A stretch of DNA of 32,000 nt from Erysipelothrix inopinata (GTDB lineage: Bacteria > Bacillota_I > Bacilli_A > Erysipelotrichales > Erysipelotrichaceae), in contig NZ_CP060715.1 of the NCBI RefSeq assembly GCF_014396165.1, positions 1,200,001 to 1,232,000 on the forward strand, in the 5' to 3' direction. Shown piece after piece: positions 26,301 through 32,000 of the stretch. Position 1 is the first letter of the stretch, and each line of letters begins with the position of its first letter. The position numbers and the translations under genes were made by a program. Under the pieces are notes generated by a model that saw only the letters and a program-made list of their open reading frames with translations, had not been told where the DNA came from and ran no database searches.

Positions 26301-26340
26301 AAAATACCGAGATGTCTCAATAGAGAAGTCTCGGTATTTT
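26301..26340. terminator. Bidirectional intrinsic terminator between the two lipoprotein genes
   Basis: aaaataccgaga (26301-26312) pairs with tctcggtatttt (26329-26340): a 12-bp stem with A/T runs built in. Confidence 0.7.
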
Positions 26341-26360
26341 ATTATCTAAGATACGATATA

Positions 26361-26846
26361 TTAGCGAATTGCTTTACATGCGTCTTTAGCAGTAAATGCA
26401 TCCAGTTGTTTAACTGTTAATTTTTGATTAACATTTAATGATAATTCAGTATCCGTAGCAACAAAATGGAAGTCGAAAACTTTACCACCAGCTACTGGTA
26501 GGTATTTGTTTGCCCCTTCTTTATTGACGCGTGCAAAATAAGTGTACTGTCCTACAGGTTCTGTTGTAGCAGTATCGACTTCTTCGGATCCTTTCTTACC
26601 AATAGTAAGTGCTCCGTCTGTAAAGGTGGCGATGACATCATCCCCGCAGTCATAAGAAATATTGGTGAGGACTGCCCCTATAGATTCTGGTTGGTAACCA
26701 TCGAGTTCTTTTGGTTTTGTAGTTTCTTCTTTGGGTTTGGTTGCTGTTTCAGTAGCTTTGTCATCTTTCTTTTCCTCTTCTTTAGGAGTGCTTGAACAAC
26801 CAACGAGTAGTAATACCATCATTAATCCTATAACTAATTTTTTCAT
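26361..26846 (-). CDS. Lipoprotein of unknown function with a Lys/Glu/Thr-rich linker
   Basis: MKKLVIGLMMVLLLVGCSST lipobox, then a low-complexity PKEEEKKDDKATETATKPKEETTKPKE linker and a roughly 110-aa domain with two Cys. SD AAGGTGG. Confidence 0.75.
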   Translation of the reverse strand: MKKLVIGLMMVLLLVGCSSTPKEEEKKDDKATETATKPKEETTKPKELDGYQPESIGAVLTNISYDCGDDVIATFTDGALTIGKKGSEEVDTATTEPVGQYTYFARVNKEGANKYLPVAGGKVFDFHFVATDTELSLNVNQKLTVKQLDAFTAKDACKAIR

Positions 26847-26939
26847 ATCATATCCACCTTTCCTTGTGTTGCTTCCATTTTAACCTATTTAAAACACAAA
26901 TGAAAGTCTTTTCATGAAAAAGATTGAAATAGATGTAAA

Positions 26940-26966
26940 AAATTATGAAACAATGTTTCATAATTT
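26940..26966. repeat. Perfect 13-1-13 palindrome (aAATTATGAAACA-a-TGTTTCATAATTt)
   Basis: Read directly: 26940-26952 is the reverse complement of 26954-26966. It lies between the tRNA-operon terminator and the lipoprotein gene start. Confidence 0.9.
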
Positions 26967-27006
26967 GCAATCAGGATTTAAAATGTTCGTTACGGTCAAT
27001 CAAAGC

Positions 27007-27030
27007 AAAAAAAAAACGGCCGAAGCCGAT
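27007..27030 (-). terminator. Probable terminator of the tRNA operon
   Basis: Minus strand reads cggc-ttcg-gccg (a short GC stem with a UUCG loop; 27028-27017) followed by T10 (27016-27007). Confidence 0.45.
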
Positions 27031-27042
27031 TCGTTTAATTTC

Positions 27043-27116
27043 TGGAGCAGGTGAGGGGAATTGAACCCCCGCCTCAACCTTGGCAAGGTCGTGTTCTACC
27101 ATTGAACTACACCTGC
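27043..27116 (-). tRNA. tRNA-Gly (anticodon GCC), copy 1
   Basis: The reverse complement GCAGGTGTAGTTCAATGGTAGAACACGACCTTGCCAAGGTTGAGGCGGGGGTTCAATTCCCCTCACCTGCTCCA folds as a cloverleaf. Anticodon loop TTGCCAA; CCA is encoded. Confidence 0.93.
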
Positions 27117-27120
27117 AAAA

Positions 27121-27196
27121 TGGCGGTCCAGACGGGACTCGAACCCGCGATCTCCTGCGTGACAGGCAGGCATGTTAACCACTACACCACTGGACC
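27121..27196 (-). tRNA. tRNA-Asp (anticodon GTC), copy 1
   Basis: Reverse complement GGTCCAGTGGTGTAGTGGTTAACATGCCTGCCTGTCACGCAGGAGATCGCGGGTTCGAGTCCCGTCTGGACCGCCA. Anticodon loop CTGTCAC; CCA is encoded. Confidence 0.93.
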
Positions 27197-27231
27197 ATTT
27201 TACAACACTGATAAAGAGCATAAATCGTTTC

Positions 27232-27305
27232 TGGAGCAGGTGAGGGGAATTGAACCCCCGCCTCAACCTTGGCAAGGTCGTGTTCTACCATTGAACTACA
27301 CCTGC
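27232..27305 (-). tRNA. tRNA-Gly (anticodon GCC), copy 2
   Basis: Identical in sequence to 27043-27116, offset by 189 bp. Confidence 0.93.
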
Positions 27306-27309
27306 AAAA

Positions 27310-27385
27310 TGGCGGTCCAGACGGGACTCGAACCCGCGATCTCCTGCGTGACAGGCAGGCATGTTAACCACTACACCACTGGACC
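27310..27385 (-). tRNA. tRNA-Asp (anticodon GTC), copy 2
   Basis: Identical in sequence to 27121-27196, offset by 189 bp. Confidence 0.93.
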
Positions 27386-27400
27386 ATTTTACAATTAGAA

Positions 27401-27491
27401 TGGCGGAGATGGGGAGATTTGAACTCCCGCGCCAGTTTCCCGACCTATACCCTTAGCAGGGGCACCTCTTCAGCCACTTGAGTACATCTCC
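27401..27491 (-). tRNA. tRNA-Ser (anticodon GCT)
   Basis: Reverse complement GGAGATGTACTCAAGTGGCTGAAGAGGTGCCCCTGCTAAGGGTATAGGTCGGGAAACTGGCGCGGGAGTTCAAATCTCCCCATCTCCGCCA. Anticodon loop CTGCTAA, long variable arm, CCA encoded. Confidence 0.92.
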
Positions 27492-27528
27492 GTGTTGATT
27501 TATTTACTCTTTATTTGAGTGCTAATAC

Positions 27529-27557
27529 ATACTAACATATGTTTTAGACTTAGGCAA
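27529..27557 (-). promoter_or_regulatory. Possible promoter of the tRNA operon
   Basis: On the minus strand: TTGCCT (27557-27552), 17 nt, TAGTAT (27534-27529), about 38 nt upstream of tRNA-Ser. Confidence 0.4.
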
Positions 27558-27666
27558 TACTCTTTTTCACTTTTATTTATAAATTAATTCGGAATCAGTT
27601 ATAATAGAGATAACTTCGCAAAATTTACCTATTTTGTCGACGTTAAGCCGATTATTAGGAGGTAGC

Positions 27667-28785
27667 ATGGAAAAAAGAAAATCATTCATTATCAACGTAA
27701 TCTATTTTATATTAGTTTTGGGAATCGCTGGGATAGGAACTTACTTCGCTTTTAGTTATCTTATGCCGTTCATCATTGGTTTCTTAATTGCATTTATTTT
27801 AAGACCGGTAATCTATAAATTAACCCGTCACTTTGGAAATAAAAAATGGATATCGCTTCTTGTCATTTTTCTTTTCTATATATTAATAGGATTTGCAGTT
27901 TTCTGGATTTCAATCGCTGCAATTTCGGGAATTGAAAAATTCGCAGTAAAACTACCTGGATTCTACAACAATACACTTGCACCTTCTCTTGCAAATCTTT
28001 TCGATGGATTTGATGGTGTCTTTTCATCAAGTGATCCAAACATTGCAAGTACCGTTCAGGAAATTACGGCAGTATTAACAGCAAATGTAAAAAATATTGT
28101 ACAAGGACTTTCGACAGGTGCCTTAAACTTTATTACAAAAGTTATCTCATCGGTACCAAGTTTACTAATTTCGACATTAATTGCAATTATTTCGTCGTTC
28201 TTCTTTACCACTGACTATAGAAACATTGTTAATAACATATTTAATGTCATTCCAGAGAAACGTCGCCAACTTGTTCTTGATATCAAAGATGGCCTTGTAG
28301 GAACAATTGGAAAGTATCTTCAAGCCTATGCTAAACTTATGAGTCTAACATTCGTGGAGCTATCACTTGGATTGTGGTTGGTAGGAATTACAAACCCTAT
28401 TGGTACCGCATTTATTATCGCGATTGTTGATATCCTTCCCGTACTTGGAACTGGAACTGTCATGATTCCATGGTTTATCATTGAACTTATCTTAGGAAAC
28501 TTTACACGAGGTATTGCGCTTGCCGTAATTTATGTCTTAATTACAGTTGTAAGAAATGTACTAGAACCTAAGATTGTTGGTGAACAAATTGGGCTTCATC
28601 CACTTGCAACGTTAATCCTTATATATGTGGGAATGAAGTTATTTGGATTTGCTGGGTTATTTGGATTGCCTATCGGTGTAACAATCGTTAAAACACTTCA
28701 TGATGAAGGAAAAATACAGTTCTTCAGAAACATCTCAGATTCAAGAAATGAATCTAAAAATCAGCTTGAAGAAATACAGGATTAA
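27667..28785 (+). CDS. AI-2E family transporter / YtvI-like integral membrane protein (UPF0118)
   Basis: 372 aa from ATG 27667 (SD AGGAGG spaced 4 nt; the track TTG start at 27634 has no SD). About 8 TM helices. The C-terminal EPKIVGEQIGLHPLATLI motif is typical of PF01594 proteins. Confidence 0.78.
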   Translation: MEKRKSFIINVIYFILVLGIAGIGTYFAFSYLMPFIIGFLIAFILRPVIYKLTRHFGNKKWISLLVIFLFYILIGFAVFWISIAAISGIEKFAVKLPGFYNNTLAPSLANLFDGFDGVFSSSDPNIASTVQEITAVLTANVKNIVQGLSTGALNFITKVISSVPSLLISTLIAIISSFFFTTDYRNIVNNIFNVIPEKRRQLVLDIKDGLVGTIGKYLQAYAKLMSLTFVELSLGLWLVGITNPIGTAFIIAIVDILPVLGTGTVMIPWFIIELILGNFTRGIALAVIYVLITVVRNVLEPKIVGEQIGLHPLATLILIYVGMKLFGFAGLFGLPIGVTIVKTLHDEGKIQFFRNISDSRNESKNQLEEIQD

Positions 28786-28848
28786 ATCTTTACAATATAG
28801 CACAACGGTGTTATAGTATTCACGCATATAAAAATGATCAAAAATATA

Positions 28849-28876
28849 TTGACAATTGACATATGTATGTTAAGAT
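28849..28876 (+). promoter_or_regulatory. Promoter of the rpsL-rpsG-fusA (str) operon
   Basis: TTGACA (28849-28854), 16 nt, TAAGAT (28871-28876). Confidence 0.5.
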
Positions 28877-28896
28877 AGAAAAGCTTGTGAATAAAT

Positions 28897-28920
28897 AGGG
28901 TTTCTCTTCGGAGAAGCCCT
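28897..28920 (+). other. 5'-proximal stem-loop in the rpsL leader
   Basis: agggtttctc (28897-28906), UUCG loop, gagaagccct (28911-28920): 10 bp including one G-U pair. No U-tract follows, so it is not a terminator. Confidence 0.5.
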
Positions 28921-28986
28921 AATAATATCAAGTCCACGGCACGCTTGGTAATGTGTGCATAATTTATTAGAGGAAGGAGATAATAA

Positions 28987-29403
28987 ATGCCTACAATTAA
29001 TCAGTTGATTCAAAAAGGTCGTACACGTCGTGTGTATAAATCAAAATCACCGGCACTTGGTCGTAGTTTGAATACGATTAAACGTCAAACAACAAAAGTT
29101 AACAGCCCACAAAAACGTGGAGTATGTACTCGTGTTGGTACAATGACACCTAAGAAACCTAACTCAGCTTTACGTAAGTACGCTCGTGTTCGTTTGAGTA
29201 ATGGTATGGAAGTTACGGCTTATATTCCTGGAATTGGACACAATCTACAGGAACATAGTGTTGTATTAATTCGTGGAGGTCGTGTTAAAGACTTACCTGG
29301 GGTTCGTTACCACATCGTTCGTGGAGCAATGGACTGTGCAGGAGTTAACGAACGCCGCCAAAGCCGTTCATTATACGGTACAAAGAAACCAAAAGAAAAT
29401 TAA
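28987..29403 (+). CDS. rpsL: 30S ribosomal protein S12
   Basis: [11 protein letters not shown]...[64 protein letters not shown], the universal S12 sequence. SD GGAAGGAG upstream. Confidence 0.97.
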   Translation: MPTINQLIQKGRTRRVYKSKSPALGRSLNTIKRQTTKVNSPQKRGVCTRVGTMTPKKPNSALRKYARVRLSNGMEVTAYIPGIGHNLQEHSVVLIRGGRVKDLPGVRYHIVRGAMDCAGVNERRQSRSLYGTKKPKEN

Positions 29404-29434
29404 TAAATATCTAGAATGAGAGGAGTGAATTAAT

Positions 29435-29905
29435 ATGCCAAGAAAAGGACATGTTCCAAAGCGCGATGTAGTTGCTGATCCAATTTACAATTCAAAATTA
29501 GTAACACGCTTAATTAACAGAATCATGGTTGATGGTAAAAAAGGTAAAGCCCAATCAATTCTGTATAATGCATTCGCAATTATCGAGGAAAAAACAGGTC
29601 GTCAACCAATGGAAGTTTTCGAGGAAGCTCTCGATAACGTATTGCCAGTTTTAGAACTTAAAGCTCGCCGTATTGGTGGATCAAACATTCAAATTCCAGT
29701 TGAAGTAACCCAAGAACGTAGATTAACTCTAGGACTTCGTTGGATTGTTCAATATTCACGTTCACGTGGAGAAAAAACAATGGAAGAACGTTTAGCAGCA
29801 GAGATTATCGATGCAGCAAACGGAACTGGTGCATCAGTTAAGAAACGTGATGATGTACATAAAATGGCTGAAGCTAATAAAGCATTCGCACATTACCGTT
29901 GGTAA
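29435..29905 (+). CDS. rpsG: 30S ribosomal protein S7
   Basis: MPRKG...[29 protein letters not shown]...NKAFAHYRW is canonical S7. 156 aa. Confidence 0.97.
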   Translation: MPRKGHVPKRDVVADPIYNSKLVTRLINRIMVDGKKGKAQSILYNAFAIIEEKTGRQPMEVFEEALDNVLPVLELKARRIGGSNIQIPVEVTQERRLTLGLRWIVQYSRSRGEKTMEERLAAEIIDAANGTGASVKKRDDVHKMAEANKAFAHYRW

Positions 29906-29934
29906 GAACATTAACGAAAGGAGAGAATTAAACT

Positions 29935-32000
29935 ATGGCACGTGACTTTGATTTAAACATGATGCGTAATATCGGGATTATGGCCCATATTGACGCTGGT
30001 AAAACTACAACTACGGAACGTATTCTTTATTATACAGGACGTACACACAAAATCGGGGAAACTCACGATGGAGCAGCTACCATGGACTGGATGGCTCAGG
30101 AGCAAGAACGTGGTATCACGATCACTTCTGCAGCTACAACAGCAGCATGGAAAAACCACCGTATCAATATTATTGATACCCCTGGCCACGTTGACTTTAC
30201 AGTTGAAGTTGAACGTTCCCTTCGTGTTCTTGATGGTGCGGTAACAGTTCTTGATGCTAAATCAGGAGTTGAACCTCAAACTGAAACAGTTTGGCGTCAA
30301 GCTACGAAGTACAACGTACCTCGTATCGTTTTTGTAAATAAAATGGATGCAACCGGAGCTGATTTCTACATGGCGGCTAATACAATTGTTGACCGTCTTG
30401 GAGCTAAATCTGCACCAATTCAACTTCCTATTGGAGTTGAAGATAACTTTACAGGACTTATTGATATTGTTGAGGAAAAAGCACACATCTTTGCTGATGT
30501 TACTCAAAAATCCGATGATATCGTTGAGGTTCCTGAAGAATTTAAAGAACAAGTAGCGCAAGCTCGTGAAGTTCTTTTCGATCAAATTGCAGACTTTGAT
30601 GAAGACTTTATGATGATGATCCTTGAAGGTGAAACACCATCAATCGATCAAGTAAAATCTACAATCCGTAAAGCTGTAATTAGCGGGGAATTCTTCCCTG
30701 TACTATGTGGTGCTGCATATAAGAATAAAGGTGTTATTGCTATGCTTGATGCCGTTATTGATTACTTGCCATCACCATTAGACATCCCACCAGTTTCTGG
30801 TACATTACCAAATGGTGAAGAAACAGTTCGTCTCGCTAGCGATGAAGAACCATTCTCAGCTTTAGCATTTAAAGTTGCTACTGACCCATTTGTTGGACGT
30901 CTAACATACTTCAGAGTGTACTCAGGTGTTGCTCAATCTGGCTCTGGTGTTTACAACTCAGTTAAACAAAAACGTGAGCGTTTCGGTCGTATCATGCAAA
31001 TGCATGCTAACCACCGTCAAGAAATCGAAGAAGTATATGCTGGAGAAATCGCAGCTGCTATCGGTTTAAAAGTTACAGGTACTGGTGATACACTTTGCGA
31101 TGAAAAACACGAAGTCGTGTTAGAATCAATGATCTTCCCAGAACCAGTTATCAACGTTGCCTTAGAACCAAAAACTAAAGGTGACCAAGATAAAATGGGT
31201 CTTGCACTTGGAAAACTTGCTGAAGAAGATCCAACATTTAAAACTTATACTGATGAAGAAACAGGACAAACAATCATTGCCGGAATGGGTGAGTTACACT
31301 TAGACATTCTTGTTGATCGTTTGAAACGTGAATTCCATGTAGAAGCTAATGTTGGTAAACCACAAGTTGCTTACCGTGAAACAATTCGTGGTACAGCAGA
31401 GTGTGAAGGTAAATTCGTACGTCAATCCGGTGGACGTGGACAATATGGACACGTTTGGATTAAATTCGAACCAAACCCAGGCAAAGGATTTGAATGGGTC
31501 GATGCTGTTGTTGGTGGTACTGTTCCTCGTGAATATATCAAACCTGCACATGATGGACTTGAAGCTTCACTTCAAAATGGTTTAATTGCTGGATATCCTG
31601 CAATTGACATTAAAGCTACATTATTCGATGGATCATCTCACGATGTTGACTCGAGTGAAATGGCTTATAAAGTTGCTGCAAGCTTAGCATTCAAAGAAGC
31701 TGCTAAAAAATGTAACCCAGTTCTATTGGAACCTGTTATGGATGTTGAAATTACAGCACCTGCAGAATACCTAGGACCAGTTATGGGAGATATTTCATCC
31801 CGACGCGGACAAATTCGTGATCAAGAAGAACGTAACAATGCAGTTACTGTTAAAGCGTTCGTTCCACTTTCAGAAATGTCCGGATATACAACAGACTTAC
31901 GTTCATTTACACAAGGACGTGGTAACTCATCAATGCAATTCGATCACTACGAAGAAGTGCCAAAGAGCATTGCTGAAACTGTTGCAAAAAGAAAAAAATA
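29935..32000 (+). CDS. fusA: Elongation factor G; the stop codon falls at or just beyond the window edge
   Basis: Not in the ORF track because no stop lies inside the window. ATG 29935 follows [43 protein letters not shown]..., DTPGHVDFT and NKMD GTPase motifs. The frame is open to 32000, with the last two bases (ta) probably beginning the stop codon. Confidence 0.95.
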   Translation, partial: MARDFDLNMMRNIGIMAHIDAGKTTTTERILYYTGRTHKIGETHDGAATMDWMAQEQERGITITSAATTAAWKNHRINIIDTPGHVDFTVEVERSLRVLDGAVTVLDAKSGVEPQTETVWRQATKYNVPRIVFVNKMDATGADFYMAANTIVDRLGAKSAPIQLPIGVEDNFTGLIDIVEEKAHIFADVTQKSDDIVEVPEEFKEQVAQAREVLFDQIADFDEDFMMMILEGETPSIDQVKSTIRKAVISGEFFPVLCGAAYKNKGVIAMLDAVIDYLPSPLDIPPVSGTLPNGEETVRLASDEEPFSALAFKVATDPFVGRLTYFRVYSGVAQSGSGVYNSVKQKRERFGRIMQMHANHRQEIEEVYAGEIAAAIGLKVTGTGDTLCDEKHEVVLESMIFPEPVINVALEPKTKGDQDKMGLALGKLAEEDPTFKTYTDEETGQTIIAGMGELHLDILVDRLKREFHVEANVGKPQVAYRETIRGTAECEGKFVRQSGGRGQYGHVWIKFEPNPGKGFEWVDAVVGGTVPREYIKPAHDGLEASLQNGLIAGYPAIDIKATLFDGSSHDVDSSEMAYKVAASLAFKEAAKKCNPVLLEPVMDVEITAPAEYLGPVMGDISSRRGQIRDQEERNNAVTVKAFVPLSEMSGYTTDLRSFTQGRGNSSMQFDHYEEVPKSIAETVAKRKK

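Larger units (their letters stand above)
27042..27394. repeat. Tandem direct duplication (189-bp period) of the tRNA-Asp/tRNA-Gly pair
   Basis: 27042-27205 and 27231-27394 read identically (about 164 bp). The duplication creates the spurious 115-aa internally repeated ORF at 27051..27398. Confidence 0.9.

Noticed and set aside
26940-26966. Reading the 27-bp palindrome as a cre (CcpA), Cheo/LexA, Fur/PerR/Zur or CodY box
   Set aside because: The core TGAAACA-n-TGTTTCA has odd spacing. That is incompatible with the 14-nt cre and with GAAC-N4-GTTC, and the half-sites do not match TGATAAT/TTATAAT/TCGTAAT or AATTTTCWGAAAATT.
26914-27054. ORF of about 46 codons (MKKIEIDVKNYETMFHNLQSG...) in the lipoprotein/tRNA spacer
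   Set aside because: No SD. It runs through the 27-bp palindrome and the tRNA terminator into tRNA-Gly, so it is almost certainly non-coding.
27051-27398. 115-aa ORF with an internally duplicated sequence (VRGIEPPPQPWQGRVLPLNYTCKMAVQTGLEPAISCVTGRHVNHYTTGPFYN twice)
   Set aside because: It is the antisense read-through of four minus-strand tRNA genes (Gly-Asp-Gly-Asp). The repeat is the tRNA tandem duplication. There is no SD and the codon content is driven by tRNA structure.
29953-31585. Track ORFs within the fusA region (29953..30189, 29990..30244, 30262..30585, 30347..30556, 31300..31551, 31349..31585)
   Set aside because: All lie inside or antisense to the EF-G reading frame, which is open from 29935 to the window end and carries unmistakable GTPase motifs.
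1-32000. CRISPR arrays, transposases/IS elements, integrases, prophage genes, rRNA
   Set aside because: None seen. The only substantial direct repeat is the tRNA duplication, and no recombinase-like ORF appears in any frame. Apart from the accessory-looking Bce and S24-repressor modules, the window looks like core chromosome.

Overview
This is a low-GC, Firmicutes-type chromosomal segment. It looks like core genome with a few accessory-looking islands, not a mobile element. All calls come from reading the sequence and ORF track; no database search was run, and family names rest on remembered motifs.

Gene content, left to right:
- A truncated CDS tail, then a PF06541-like membrane protein.
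- An M-box (Mg2+) riboswitch with a terminator, followed by mgtA (P-type Mg2+ ATPase).
- A DUF885-type lipoprotein, then a divergent TetR regulator and yjdM/phnA.
- nagB and nagA (divergent), pepF, and a second P-type cation ATPase.
- A DAO-type FAD oxidoreductase.
- A LytTR response regulator with an AgrC-like GHKL kinase.
- A 79-aa gene divergent from an XRE-HTH/S24 (LexA-like) repressor, then a CorA-family GMN transporter.
- A Bce-type peptide-antibiotic module.
- Two lipoproteins.
- A minus-strand tRNA array, Ser-Asp-Gly-Asp-Gly, containing a perfect tandem duplication.
- An AI-2E/YtvI-like permease.
- The start of the str operon (rpsL, rpsG, fusA running off the window).

Most interesting observations:
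1. The Bce module has an unusual layout: RR-HK, then a permease with no ATPase, then an opposite-strand 176-aa unknown gene, then a 40-aa acidic sORF, ATPase and second permease. Two TNACA-N4-TGTAA boxes are present. One is embedded in the kinase terminator hairpin. The other is placed with the same geometry in front of the unknown gene.
2. The LytTR-partnered kinase appears to have Lys where the phospho-accepting His is expected.
3. A stand-alone S24 repressor is paired with a small divergent gene whose promoter is covered by a 12-4-12 inverted repeat.
4. A Shine-Dalgarno-preceded 29-codon ORF lies between the M-box terminator and mgtA.

No CRISPR array, transposase, integrase or rRNA was seen.
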